This document shows, in pieces, positions 35,293 through 50,000 of a DNA stretch of 64,000 nt. The DNA is taken from contig JBLWGC010000208.1 in NCBI GenBank assembly GCA_048772705.1, forward strand, positions 1-64,000, given 5' to 3'. The translations under genes and the position numbers were made by a program. The notes under the pieces were generated by a model. The model ran no database searches and was not told the origin of the DNA. It saw only the letters and a list, made by a program, of their open reading frames with translations. Origin of the DNA: Leidyana gryllorum EB-2025a (Eukaryota > Protista > Apicomplexa). The stretch's first letter is position 1; each line of letters starts with the position of its first letter.

Positions 35293-38200
35293 CCCGACGT
35301 CTCATCTCCCATTTGAGGTTGACCGAGATCCTCGCGGTCTCTTTTGGTCAGAGAGGGCCGCCAAGAACTGTTGGTATAGGGTTTAGGGTTCTGAGGAACA
35401 GCATCTGACGATCCTGATCCTTCGACAAGGTCAAAGAAAAACTCAAATTTGATGGTCAAATGTTGTGTGCGGAGGCTGTCCCAGCTGTGTCCGCGCACTC
35501 TCAAGTCCCCCCAATGTTGTCCTCCAGTTCTTCGGTGGTTATAAGTCTGAGTCTAGGATATTCCCCCATAGCGTCTAGTATATTCTGTCCTCGGAAGAGT
35601 CTTGCCCCGAAGATAAGGCCGATGGACGGAGAAGGCAATTTAGCATCAGCAAACCAGTCTGGGAGAGGTGGAACTTCATCAGCTGTCAACATCTCGGCCC
35701 ATTGCTCTCGGTTCCTGAGATATCTCGGCATCACAGTAGATCTGGAAAAAATGAGAGCAGTCCCGTGTCACATTCCCACCCGATAAAGTTGGATCGATCC
35801 CAATGGCCCAACTCCTCAAACAAAGGCTACATCGAGTGAGCCAGGGCGAATCGAGCAATCACTCACCAAGACCACATACTTGTGAAAATCCAAACATGCA
35901 GTAACAAAGCGGTGATGATCAGATCGTGCGCAAAGCGGGGACACCAGAAGCCCCAGCGCGTTCTCTTCGTCTCCCTGTAGAATGTAAGAGAAAGAGCCGG
36001 AGTACTGGTGGTGGCTTGCCTGTAGGTATCGTTGGCATGCCCGACGTACTTCCCAATCGAGGTTCCGATCCCACTCGCATAAGCAAAAGCCTTCATTCGC
36101 CACTTTCAATATGAGCAAACATATCTGTCTCCGATGAGCTTGATTGGAATGAGGGTCAAATTCTGGAGACATCCTAAGAACGCGCGATTCGGCCAGCACT
36201 TCGAAATGTCGTGCCAAGTCAGAGGACAATATCCACTGAAAATAGGCCCCTCTGACCTCAGAGTGCTCGAACGATGAGAGCTTCATGAGCAAATTCGTTT
36301 CGCTTCTACATTGGATTCCGAGTGGGTGACATTGCATTGCGCACTCACGAGAAGCCAATAATGCGCCACAAGAGAAGTCCGCTGAGATGCTGGAGAATGC
36401 TAATGTCGCACATCATGGTCGCCTAAGATTGAGATTGCGGCGGCGGCGAGACAAAGTCTTGTTTACCAGTAAGTGATTAGTACGGTGATAGAAGTGATTG
36501 TCGCGACCAGCATGCCCTATGTGCATAGAGAGTGCAGTTAGACAGTATGCCACCCTCTCGAGCGGTGTCAAACTGCCACAAATACGCATTGAGAGAAGAC
36601 AAATCGAGGGCGTCTCTTACGAAGGATACATACTCCCAGCCTTCAGGAGCGCTAGAGACATATGAGAGGTGGCAGCTACATATTTCCGATTGTGGAATGG
36701 GTTATCGTAGATGGTATTGCTCATCAGATGGAGGAAACGGAGCGCCACATCCTCTTCAACGTCGATAAAGGGCAGATGTGGCTTAAGGATGGCCATGCCG
36801 AACTCAAGAACGGGGTGATCAATAGTCTGGAAGACCTGTCAAGGTTGTTTCTCAGCCACCCCACCGAGACGGATTCTCACTCTATTGCAATTGAGGAATG
36901 GGTTGCGCCCTATGTCCTGTGCTTCCTCATCGGACTGTGCGGAATGTATTCACCCTCTTGTTGGGGAAGCTTACGAGCACTGGGCGGGGGAGTACATACT
37001 CAGTTCGGTCAGCCGGGCGCACTGGAGCTGAATTCCATATTACGTCTAGTTCTGAAGCCTGTCTGTTTAGTCTGTCAAGACTTCTTTCCAGGGGGACTGG
37101 CACTCCTGAAGCACTCGGTCGCGCTACTTGGTATAATCGAAGGAATTGAGCTTCCTCCCCCGAACGTGAGGCTGCAGGGGCCAGGAGATCTACGCCTTGC
37201 GTTAGCTCGCGAATGACTCTGCGGGTGAGAAGGGATATGCGGGGACTGGCAGGTGTACCTCTGGATCTCTGTCGCAGCAGCATCGAGTTCGTCTGAGCAA
37301 CGCAGCGGATCGCGTCGAGCCGCGTGTACTATCGTCATAGTCTCATACAAATGATCAACTACTTCCTCTTTTGCGGAGGTGGTCGCTCTCCGTTTGACCT
37401 GCCGGCGAAATTGCCTCATTTCGGAAATGCGGGTTTGAGTTTCAACCATCACCACCTTAAGGCAGCGATTGTGGAGCTCGTTGAACCACCGTGCAGCAAA
37501 TGTAATAACGTGAAGCAGCGCCCAAACATAAACGTCGGTCACCCTGTACGGCTTGCTGTCAGTCGGAAATTGCATTGGTCCCACCAAAACAGCTTTCGTC
37601 GCAGATTCCTTGTCGAGTCAATGTGGAGCCCCAAGGTTACCGCCGTTATCGTAAAGGTAAAGATGAAAAAGGGTGCGAGATAGCGCACCCGGGTAGTCAT
37701 GAAGAAGGTTGTGAAACACACAGCGATCCCAGACATGATCTCCATGAAGGCATCGACGAAAGCAGAGTACTCCATGTCTGCATCTACATCGCTGCGCGAT
37801 GCCATGAAAACCCACGACCATGTGGCCATACACGTAATTTGCTGAGAAGTCAGAACCATTGGCGGGGTGAGGAAGCCGGTCACTTACAACGAGCAGTACA
37901 GCAAAAATCACCGGCTCTAACCGATCACGGGTCAATCGGATGCGCGGAGCTGACATGGCCACCATACCAGCCACAATGCCAACGATAATGGTGGCATTCT
38001 CAGTGTTCTCGATGAGTGACGATTCATCGTTCGCAAACCACTCATTGTACCTTCCCAGCAACACTAGTATATAGGCCAGTCCGAAAACGACAACGCCTAC
38101 GAACCATTTTAAGCCCGCGCGAATCCACGCGCGCGATCACTCACTCACACCTCCCACCACGGGGCAAGATCGCGCTAATAGTGAGTTGACCACTAGCAGC

Positions 38201-38370
38201 CACTCGTGTTCCAGCTTGGGATTGCGAAATCTCATAGGAAAGAATCGGAGGTGCCGACGAGCTGCGGGCCAATATGGCCCTGCCAGAGCCTGCAGCAGAC
38301 CTGCCACGCCTTTGTGCTTGTGAACATCACTGAGTCGTGACTGGACGGACGGGGAAACGTCTTGGACCAT
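35289..38370 (-). CDS. Membrane-anchored class I cyclic-nucleotide phosphodiesterase-like protein, probably catalytically inactive (multi-exon; ends approximate)
   Basis: N-terminal FRNPKLEHEW + TM helices; YDNPFHN, ALSMHIGHAGRDN, ILSSDLARHF, ILKVAN, QGDEENALGLLVSPLCAR. Confidence 0.78.
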
Positions 38371-38393
38371 CTAACTCGCAAACGGCATGCGTC

Positions 38394-40780
38394 CTAACTA
38401 TCGGCCCGATCGCCAAAAGGATACAAATCAACTTGGAAAAGTGGCTCGGGGCTGCTGGTTTCACTCTCTTCTCCTGTGAGGCCCAGCCTTCTATAGATGC
38501 GTGCTCGATCATTAGCCTGCAGGCCCTTGCCGGTTTGGACCTGACCTGGCAGTATTTCACTGAACTGAAGATCTATCTGACATTCACTGTCGTCAACGGC
38601 TTCCTCCAAATCCGACAAGGTACCTTGTGTTCTCATAATACCATCTTCGGGTTCGCGATCCCCACTAAGAGGGGTACTCAACAATGTCAACGGGTTGGGG
38701 AACCTGGAGGCCGGTGGTCGTGAGGGCAGCGGAGTCTGGCGCTGCCTTGCTGGCACATCTACCTGCCGGTGAGCCTCCGATCTCACATCACGGCTTATTC
38801 GCCTGTCAATGTTGCGCTCATCTTCCTCCATCGCGGCGCCTCCCCTTCGGGATCTAACAGTGGAAACAAAGGGAGTCGGTGTGTTGCCTCGCAACGAAGT
38901 TCGGGGTGGTTGTATCGATGTGTGGGTGTATGACGTGTTGAACGACATGTCCAACGGTCGTCGACTAGGCTCTGCGCCGGGAAGGGTCACGCCCATCATT
39001 CCCCTCACCGGAGATACTACAGGATCTGGCACTTCAAAATCCTGACTCGACATCGGATTGTCTATAGATACCACCACTTCTGCTTCTTCCGATGGAGGTG
39101 GCGGGGGCGACGACTGTCGCACGCTGACCAGCGAGATAGTAGGCGAGTGCTCTTGCAAGATGTGGTCCGGCACAATCCGTCGTCTCTTCGTACTCGCTTC
39201 ATGCGTCCGGTCACCAGTGTCCGGCTCGTAACCTGCTGGAGTCATCCTTACCCGCGAGCCCAACCCACTACTTCTGCTCTCGTCGAAGCCAGCGAAGTGT
39301 TGCGGCTGCCGAGGAGTGGCATAGCTCGTCGTCTCGGGTGAGCCCCTTCGCAGATTCCGGTTAAACATAATGGGCGAGGCACCAATGGACGCCACTTCTG
39401 GTATTATGGGTGGACTGTCCCTTGCCGTGGAACTTCGTCGCCGTCGTTCCGAGCGTTCGTAGTGCTGCTGGTTTCTCGACTCCGCAGGTCTCCCACGCGT
39501 TCCATCCGTCCTCTCATTGTTGTTGTTTGGTACGACCTTCCCTTTGACCTCGAGAAAAGCCGTCCAAGACCGCTCGATGCGTACAGTTTGGGAGCAAGCC
39601 CCTCCAATTCTGCGGAACTTCTTTTGCGTGACCCTGAAATCGGGCTCACCCCAGCACTGTTGTCGCGCCCGGTCGGGCTAAGATTGCGGGAGGCGGAAGT
39701 GGATTGGGATTCCAGGCTTCCCACTCTCTGCAGCTCAATAGCTCATGCTCCACGCCATTGCCCATCTGAACTACTCGATCTGCTGATGATGTCGCTCACC
39801 CCCTTACCGCGAGTGAAACTGGCGCGGTGCCACCGTGCATCGCGAGTAAAACTGGGGTAGTTGGGTCTGAAAGTCATCTCTCAAAGGAAGGGGAGTTCTG
39901 GTTCGGGCTGGGTACCTTTGGCCAAGTCCAAAAAGTTGCGGATGTGTGAGTGGTTCACAGCTGTCTTGAGCTCCTGGCTCGGTGCGTTCCGCGGCACGAA
40001 GGAGGAATCTGTGCGCCGAACGACTTGGGAATGGACTGACGTGTTTCTCACCAGAGTAAATCCGACGAGTGAGCCCGTTATAGATCCCTTTAAAGTCCTT
40101 CACAATTCGCCTACCCCATCCGAACTCGAATGTCTCCACGTGGAACTACTGACAACGGTCTCACTTCTCACTTCTGCCGTACTCACCTCGGCGTTCAAGT
40201 CATTCAGACCTTCGATTCGTGGAACGAGGATGAGGTTGGAAGTATCAGGTGTGTTGGGGAACGTCCTCAACCAACATTCAGTACTTGCTAAGCAAGCTGC
40301 CCGTTTGTGTACGGCAGTGGGAAAGACAGACTCATAATCGTCTGCTTCTACATTCAGTTTGCACGCCCAGGCGGCACTGGCCCTGGCTCCGTCGAAGCGT
40401 ACCTCGAGTTGGTCTTTGAGAATGTCGGAGGTGGATAGGTACACAACGTCGGGCTGAAGGTCGGTTGCTTTGCTCTCCCGTAGGATTTTCAGCTTCTCAC
40501 TAAGCTGTTTCGAAGAACAGCTGATCGTCTCAGCTATCCCGGTATCGCGGCTCGTAGGCTCGCCGCTCAGAGTGGGGGGCCCGTTGCCGAGCGGATCGAA
40601 CACCTCGAAGAATTCATTGACAAACTGGCATATGATGGTCACAGTCTCGTCGCCACTCTTGCCATAGATGAGTAAACTATCAGGGTTACAGTGGAAGTTG
40701 ATATTGTCAGATACACGAGATACAGCGAAGACTAACTCTGCGAAGCGAACCGTGCCACCTCTACCGATCCTCAGGAACAT
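38394..40780 (-). CDS. Rad9-like (9-1-1 clamp) protein with long disordered C-tail (multi-exon)
   Basis: N-terminus FAELVFAVSRVSDNINF...ICQFVNEFFEVF resembles Rad9; S/P/R-rich downstream exons; exon joining is inferred. Confidence 0.5.
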
Positions 40781-40829
40781 TAGTTAGAGAGCGACCACGT
40801 CTTCGCGACTCAGGCAAAAAACATTATTT

Positions 40830-41462
<633 letters not shown>

Positions 41463-41493
41463 TGCAAAAATCTGACTTTTTTACTCTACTACT

Positions 41494-41964
41494 ATGGGTG
41501 ACATTCCCAAGTGCCGGGTGATGTCCGAGGCCGCAATGGCGGAAGGGGCCTTGGACCATCAGACTAGCATGGGCCCGATTCAATATAGTCCCCAGTACAG
41601 CGATGACGATTATGTGTACAGGTCGGTGCCTCTGGCATTGTCGCGACCTTCCTATCCGACTTGCCTGCAGGCACATCACCGTCCCACGGAAAATCCTCCG
41701 TAAAGCCCGAGAACTCATTAGCCAACGTCAAAAAGCGATGGGGCATCTTCCGCCTCATGGACGTACGGGGCCACTGCGATGCCGGGGTGACGCTCCCCTC
41801 TTGCCCTATGAAGATGTGGTGACTAAACTATACATACATATGAGCAATGATTGGATACTATATTTAATCCACGAGTGAGAGCCGTGGACTGTGGTTCAAT
41901 GGTACTTAAATGCAGCCGGGACTCGACTTTCTGCTTTCGGCGCCCCAGACGTGATCGTCACTAA
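41494..41964 (+). CDS. CKS1: Cyclin-dependent kinase regulatory subunit (Cks1-like), 2 introns
   Basis: IQYSPQYSDDDYVYR|HITVP...LL..E...MSNDWILYLIH...CFRRP. Confidence 0.75.
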
Positions 41965-41993
41965 GTGGAGAGAGCAGTGTTTGTTCGTGCACC

Positions 41994-43296
41994 ATGCGGG
42001 GTCTCGGACGGTTCTTAGAACCGTTATCTCCTGGCTTCACTGATTTCAATGGCGATCTGCTTTTTGACTCAGATGAAACAATCGGACCGCTCGGTTGGCT
42101 GGATGATTTCTTTGGCGTCCTCCGCCCGGAACCTGCAAGCTTCGTGACGCTATCTTTAGGATATTTGGCTGGCATCTGGGTTGCGGTTTTCGTCTTTTCA
42201 ATGATCTGTTGTATCATCCTGCAGGCCGATATACCGTCTAATATCATTCCTAGAGTTTTACTGGCCACAGGGTGTTTGTACAGATATATTGACCCTTGGA
42301 TAGTGACACTGCCTCGAATGATTACCTGCGCCTTTCTGCATTTCGACATCACAGTAGGCCCCCAATGAATCTGATCCGATTCCAATCCCATCGTCTTTAG
42401 CATCTCATTGTGAATACCATCTCCTTGATTGGGGCTTATGGATTCTGGCAATCCGGCCGCGCCTTCCAGGATGCCACAGAGCCGCCTTGGATCGACTACT
42501 GGTTCTTCCCGGTCTGGATGATCTCGGCCTTTTTCGGAAGCGCATCGTCGTACACTGCTACTTTGGGCAAGACGGGATCCTTCACCATAGGTGCATCCGG
42601 TGGCGTGTGTGGGTTCAACTCCTTTATCCTCGTGTTGATGATGTGCTCCGACACTGCGCGCACAGAGGCTCAGGAGAATAGGATTCTGATGACTTTGGTG
42701 ACAACGGGACTGCAGTTTATCCCATTCTCAGGTGAGGCCGAATAAGTAGCATCTGAGTGTAGACTTTTCACATAGCTCCCGGGACACACGGTCAGAAGAC
42801 TGATGTGGGTGCCCACAGTGGCGGCGCCATCGCAGGAATCATCATGGCTCTCCTTCTGAACTATTGGTCCAAACACATGGACGCCATCTTCTTGCGCAGA
42901 GCAGGAGCGCTCGCTTTCACTGTGTGTGCCTGTCTGGTGGTGATCTGTTTCCTGGAGGTGTTCAGGCAGTTCCTGGCTGGGCACTCTGATCGGGTGGTTC
43001 GGGCATATTTCAGGTGAGACTTCAAGATTGGGAAGAGTCGACGACATAACTTCTTGCGCAGGTGGCTGAAGCTTGAAGACATTGTTCTGAGGGAGAGAAA
43101 GCCCACCGAGCCTCGACGATGGACTATCGCCCAGATCGACGGAATTGAAGCCCGTATCAACATAAACCGTCAAGACGGGCCCAAGGGAGGCACGCTGGCC
43201 GCCTTGATGCAGCGCGAAAGGGAGAGGAATCCGTGGCGAGATGACGAGGCATTGGAAGAGATTCGTCAGCTGATGGCTGCCCGTAGATCATATTAA
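41994..43296 (+). CDS. Rhomboid intramembrane serine protease (multi-exon)
   Basis: RMITCAFLH..HLIVN, GASGG (catalytic Ser), AHSGGAIAG (catalytic His). Confidence 0.88.
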
Positions 43297-43310
43297 TTAA
43301 TTTTATTTCA

Positions 43311-45549
43311 ATGACATTAGCTCGCATCGAGGAACACAAAGTGTCAAGTTGTGAAGAGAGCGAGAAGCCGCCTCTGAGTGCGTTAAGAGGGGACTTCAAA
43401 GACTCGCTGATAATCAGTGATGAAGTGGCTCCAAAATGGAGTGTATCGGACTTTGACTTTGGCAAGAAGCTGGGGGAAGGTCAATTTGGTGCTGTCTTCC
43501 TGGCAAGGGAGAGAAGGACGGGTTTGATCGTAGCCATCAAATGCATCAAAAAGACGCAATTACTGACGTGAGAGCTCTCAAGCCCTTATCTGTACGTCTT
43601 CGTCAGCACGAGCAATGAACATTTGCTGCGGCGAGAGATCGAAGTGCACTCTCATCTTATCCATCCATACATTCTGGGGTAAAATACCACATGTCGCAGC
43701 AGAGTACTCATCTCCTTGAGACCATAGATTCTATGGATGGTTCGCGACCTCGCATTACATCCATCTCATCTTGGAGATCTGTCCCGGAGGTGAGTTGATG
43801 GACAAGTTATCTGACGGTGGGCTCCCCGAGAAGTTAGTGTCAAAGTAAGAGCCGCCCGAGGCTGCATACACTATCATTAAACGAAAGGTATATGCTACAA
43901 ATGATCTCCGCACTTCGTTACTGTCATCGTTTGAACGTAATGCACCGGGACTTGAAACCTGAAAACATATTGATGGATGTGGATGGGAACCTGCGGTTAG
44001 CGGACTTCGGATGGGCTGCCCATGTGCAGGTCCCACCCAAAGGTGATGAGTCGGAGAAACTCTTCCAAAAGGGACCAACATCTGTTACTCGGCCAATGCA
44101 ACCCAAAGGCACCGGACAGAACCCTTCCTTCAATTACTTGAAAGCCAGACGGAAGACCTACTGCGGTACTCTTGACTATCTCAGCCCCGAGATTGTCAGA
44201 CATGACTGGTAAGTGGGCCGCTTTTTGCCGCTAGTCACTCTCGCCGTTCCCAGGTACGGAAAGGAAGTCGATCTGTGGTGTCTCGGGGTGCTCTGTTATG
44301 AACTTGCCGTGAGCACACACTTAACGCTTGTCACATACCACCCTGACACAGACAGGGGGCCCTCCTTTCGCTGTGGAGCATTATCTCAACAAAGGCTTCA
44401 ACGAAAAGGAAGCTCGACGCTTGCAGCAACATGACATACAGAACTCCGACGTCGAGGTGAGGTGCCGGGCACAATGAACGCACTCTCAAACCTTCATCAC
44501 TTCAGTCTCGTCTCCGATCTGACATGTCACCCGAGTTGCAAGACTTTCTCAAGAAGGCCCTGGCCAAAGATCCCAATAGGCGGATGACGACGGATCAGAT
44601 GATTCGGGTACGCGCCTCCACAAAGGGATAGCAACCAATGACCTCACAGCATCCCTTCATCACAAAGTACAACTGCATCGAGCAAGAGATGGTTTTCGAC
44701 AAAATGTTCGGAGGCGGAAGGTTAACAATACAACCGCCGTCTGGTCTTCGCGGTCCTCCTTCGAGTTTCGCCCGCCAGAGAAACGAATCACTGAACAGCA
44801 GTATGCTTACCAACCCTCCCACTAAGACACCGCAATGCGAACGGCCGGGCGTTGAAGCACAAGTCACGGACAATGCCAACGTAACTCCGTCAGGCCCCGT
44901 TGAGGGCAAGCTGACCCGAGTGGTTGGGTCAGACGGTGTTTCTCGGTGGGAGTACAGTCGTCATTATCTCTCAGCAGCTACATCTCCCGTCCCTGGAGCA
45001 TTGCGGAGAGAAGATGAAGCAGTAGAGCCAGTCTCTCTGAATAGAAACACGGCATCCAGAGCAATGCCCGAACGGATCAGCGAGGAGTCCGAATGTGAAG
45101 TGTTCCCGGACAGTGTCGACCATGCACAGAGGGCTGCGGAGTTTGGAAAAGGGATGGCGGAAAGTCCGCCGCCCCCAAATCAAGTGCTCCAAGTCCCTAT
45201 GGGTGAGTCAATAAATGACTCTAACGAGGAGGAGAGCGGTGAAATCGAAGATGGTTTGGACGAAGAAGATGAAAATCCGATTCGAAGTATACTATACGGC
45301 AAAAACAGATCTCCGCGAATTGGATCTGGGATGAATGATGACAAAGAAAACGATGCTGTTGCGAGTAATTGGACTGACGTGTCCCCCGAGAATCTCTTTG
45401 CCTTGGGAACAGAGAAAGAGGAACCGATGATGCTGAACCCGCTCTTCGATCTGAAAGGAGGCTTGTCAACCCGCACTGAAGCACCCACCACCAAGACGGC
45501 CACCAGCAAAGGCCCAGTAAACAAAAGCAAGCGATCCCAGCGCACCTAG
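43311..45549 (+). CDS. Aurora-family kinase with long C-terminal extension (multi-exon)
   Basis: [62 protein letters not shown]. Confidence 0.92.
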
Positions 45550-45624
45550 TTAGAAAGCACTGATGTTCTCCCGGGGGGTGTCAACTGATCTACTACAGGC
45601 ATATGCGTGTGTCCCTATCTATGG

Positions 45625-46999
45625 TTATGTGCGGAGGCCCAATCGCGTTTCGACAGATCGCCTCTCACTTTCACTGAGTTCGAAGAATGTCTGGTGATTT
45701 ATTCGAGCATGGCGAGCTAATGGTGTTCCTGATAGCAAGTCTTCGTTCTCAGCCATATCCAGACGCAGGAAGACAGCTTCACTGACTTCTAGGGGTAGTT
45801 CCTGAGATTTGTGTGTGTGTACAATAGAAAGGGAACTAGGAGACAGCGCTTACCTGTCCATCACGACTCTTCTTGAGAGGTTTGTTTTCGTTCCAAGGAT
45901 TGGTATAACTTGCGAGCTGTTCGAAGTCCACTTTGCACTGTTTCAGCCATTGTACCCTGAAGTTTGGGCTGAGTTTGCTGCTGAATGAACCCCAGACTCT
46001 TGGATACAAGCTGGGATCACTCAGCGTCGCCATTCTGGCGTAGCCCTGAAATCCTCCTGATTCATTAGCGGACATCACGAACAGCACATGATGACAGGTT
46101 CGGAATGCTTGTTCAAACTTGGCTATATTTGCTTTGCCGGTAGCCCATATCCCTTTTTGAATGGACGTGAGGATATTCTCTATTTTGGCCGACTTGATCA
46201 CAAACACCCGCACTGCGAGATCCTGACTCCTGACCGGTGGGGGGATCGGGCAGCTCCAAGGAATGGGTGGCAGCAACTCTTCCAGAGTTCGTGAAGCATA
46301 TTCTGCTGCTTTGGGGTCGTCCGTTAAGGATGCGGCGAAGATGCGCCATTTTCGGGCGTGCTCTCTCGCCACATGTTGTTCAAGTTCGTTGAATTCAATT
46401 TCAGCTCGGTTGAGAACCATCAATGCAATGTACCAGTCAGGAAGTGGAATACTCGGTCGCTGATCCGGGGTCAATTTGATATGACGTTGTGAGCAGAAAG
46501 GGCCCATGAGACAATAGCCGAACAGAAACTGTAAGCAAACCGCTCCATTTTTTCGAGCTTCAGGTTGAGGACTAACAGGGTTGCTGTCCGCGGTGGTGGG
46601 CGGTAGACTTGAAGCTACTTCGTCAGTTCCGACGTCTTCACGATCATGGCGTAGTTGACACGATCCCTGCTCGAATTCCAAACAACGCCCATGCTTGCGG
46701 AAGTGGCGGCACGGTGGCATCCGACTGGGGTCAATTATATGTAGGAAGTCACATTCATCCCCTTTTATACAGGTGCCGCGCAGCCAGTGCCGGCATACAA
46801 CTTGGTGCGTTGTTCGGGGACGTTTTATTGGCCTGTGGCTAATTTCTCCGGATTCGCCAGAGTATCGTCGGGGTCGTTTGGTGGTCTCGACGTTATTCAC
46901 AGCTTGTTGCTGCTGCTGACTATGCCTGGCCTCCTGTTCAGCCCTCTTTGCTCGTTCATCTTCCTCTATCTGGGCCTCGAAGTCGAATTGGAAATCCAT
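45625..46999 (-). CDS. CPSF4: CPSF30/CPSF4 with CCCH zinc fingers and YTH domain
   Basis: VVCRHWLRGTCIKGDECDFLH, RMPPCRHF, YTH motifs FVIKS..GIWAT..SANESGGFQGYARM..NPWNENKPLKKSRDGQE. Confidence 0.92.
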
Positions 47000-47011
47000 T
47001 GGTGCAAAATT

Positions 47012-50000
47012 TCACACTGAATGCCTCATCTCCCGCAGGGTCTCTTCTACTGCCTGGAGCAGCCGAACTATCTCGTCATCGCGCGCAGCTTGCAAACTCA
47101 TCAGTCGGATGACCACCCCAAGAACAATTAAGAGTACTGCCCATACTGCTGCATCTGCTACTGAATGGTCAAAGCCGTGTGTCCATCCCGCCCAACTCAC
47201 GGAGAGAGAGTCCTTGCCGAAACTTGTCAGCTGCACCAACAAGCTTCTCGCCGTATGCGCTCCGCTTTCCATCACTCTTCCCAAAAGGTGATCCCAATGA
47301 CTTGCGCTTCAGAGTAATCCTTGGGCTCGATGAAGCCTTTGAGTGTGCCGAGGGAGAGTGGCCCTCTATTTCTACTTCCAGTGAAGCCCTTGTTTTTGCG
47401 GTATACAAGTAATCGATCATGAGCTGATTTCGCTTGGCTCCTTCTGTCTTCCATTCGCTCACGCATGTGCTTTCGATCTTTCCTTTCATCAATACATTAG
47501 ATAGCCACTTGACCTCCAACTCATTATCAACTTGCACCCCGTTAGGTCCGAGATCGGTTAGTCGCAATCTGCTCTGCAACGCAAACTTATCAGCAAAGGG
47601 AATTCCCTTGAGGGTCACTTCTGACAGCAATATCGCGCTCTTCAAACTTGGGTGAAGAATGAAGGTTGCAGTTTCATAAAGGTCTGAGAAGTCTGGAAGC
47701 CTCAAAAACATGGTGGCAGCTCCTTTCTCCATTGGCTTCTTCCACGAAGCCGTTCGGCGGTACATCTGTCCCACCAAGTCATTCAGTCTTGTTGGATCCG
47801 CTTCCCAATCAACATCTCCGGGGATTGGAGGATCAAATTCTGAAAATGTCCAATCCTTACACCCAGTGGATTGGAGACAGTGTTTCGAGAAGTCTATGCC
47901 GAAGCCCAATGCGGACACCACTTGAACAAAGGACAAATTCTCAAAGCGCAACCCTTCGGTAACGTGTTTCATCTCTGCATTGCAGAAGTTGGCGGGGTAA
48001 GGACTCGGATAAGGCTCATAAGGAATCGGAGTCTCATCCATGATACACCGCACGGGTAGTCGTTCCTGCTGCAACATCAAAGGGGGTGAGATGGGGTTCC
48101 ACCATCACTCGCCGGCTTACCGGAAGGTCGTTTGATGTGAGTGCCATTGAAGAAGAAGGCGCCCGTTGGCTGGCGGGCGTGTCAGGTGCGACTGAGTCCA
48201 AGATGGACTGAACCCGAGCAGACAGTCGTGGGAGGTCAGCCGTCTCCTTTTCGGACGCCTTCCCACCGGTCAATGCCATGAGCAGACTCCATGCCTGTAT
48301 AGTCCGTTGTCTTTCCGTAGCGTTCATCTCCGTTCAACTGACCTTGTCCCTCCGAACGAAGGAGGTAAAAAAATACGAAGACCCATCCTTGAGTTGGAAC
48401 TCTATAGCATTGTGAAAGATGAGGGCATAGCTCCGCTTTCTGCGATTCAAAGTGAATGGAACGTTTCTTAGTCGACTTACTTTATTGATACAATATCGCT
48501 CAATTCGAAGAGAACGAGAGTTGGGATCGAAGAGAAAACAGTGGTGTCATTGAATGCCGAGTAAAAGCCAATGGCCGTAGTTGTAACGTATAACTTTCCT
48601 TGCAATAGAATCTTACCCACCAGTGCACAGAGAAACTGATTCAGAACACGGCACCGGCGATTGTGATATTGGAACCTCCAAGTGAACTCATCATCAAGAT
48701 TTCCCGGACGGTTTTTGCCAAAGTTGGTGATCACCGATGTTGTTCGCATTCGCAATGATCCATCGTGATGATGAAGTAGATCGAGAGTTGGCAAAGCGTC
48801 ATCGGTGGTATGTACGCTTCCCATGTCATCGTGAGGACTGATCACTTTGTTCCCACCCAGATCCAGCTCCCGCTCTCCCGCAGACACTCGGCGCTGGACA
48901 ATACGGATGTGAGGGGCCGGTTGTACAATGGACGACTGGTTGTCCCCAATGATGATGTCCTTTTTGCCCTCTTCGCGGTCTCGCGCGAAGGAGCGTGGTA
49001 ACTCTGTTGGTGAGGATTCCCACAAGGCCTCGTGATGCCGGGGGGTGTGGCGTTGCGCATGAGTGAGTTCCGGGAGCTCAGCTGACGGCATGGCACGCAA
49101 ATGACTCAAGTCTGCCTCCTCCACGAAGTCCCGCTCAGTCACATACTCTGCAGCGCTGCTGGTTGTGGGATCACATATATCGCCAATCAGTCCGTCACAC
49201 GCCCACAGGTCGTGCTGAATGCTCTCGACCCCCAGCCTCACCCTCGACTTGAGTCTATCAACCGAGTCGGCATCCCCACAACTGGAGAACAGCTGTTCCA
49301 AGAAGCCGGCCGCTCGCTCAAAGAAGTTGGGAATAGAGACCTCTTTGGGACGTGGAGGAACACTGACCACCGGAAGTTCCTCTGTCCATTCCAGGACACT
49401 GAATGATGTTTGAGACCCCTCATCCATTGCTAAATAGTCCTACCCATGTGGTATATGGACCAGTGCACTTTTGTGCCGGACAAGCCACTTGGTACCAAAC
49501 GGGATCAGTACCTCGACTGTGGAACCTTGGGACAAAGAGACAAAGGGTGGCTCTTTGTAGTCTTCCCGAAGTTGGGCAGACTGATACCGCAGTTGGCACA
49601 ACGAGTCCAAGTTTGCTTACGAATTTTGATCGGGCCACATACGCTCTGATGATCCTGTCCTTGGAAGCCTCCAAACTGTCAGGATCACTCCCCGCATAAG
49701 GGTGTGCCACAAATGCCTGGAGAATGGAGGCTATTGCTTCCCTCTCCCGCTCGTGTGGGATAGGCGAAGGGGAAACTCGTGGTCCCTCAAACACGTCCTC
49801 GACATAGGCTCGTATGAACGACTCGGTCCCGGGTACAATGACACCCCAGAATCGTCTGGCACGGAGAGGGAAGGATTTCGGGGACGCAGAGAGAGGATAG
49901 TTGATGCTCACTTGGCTATTGAGCTCTGTGAGATCTCGCTCAATTCCACTTGATGCCGAACGAATTTCTGTGTAACATCCTTTAGATCGGCAATCTGCAG

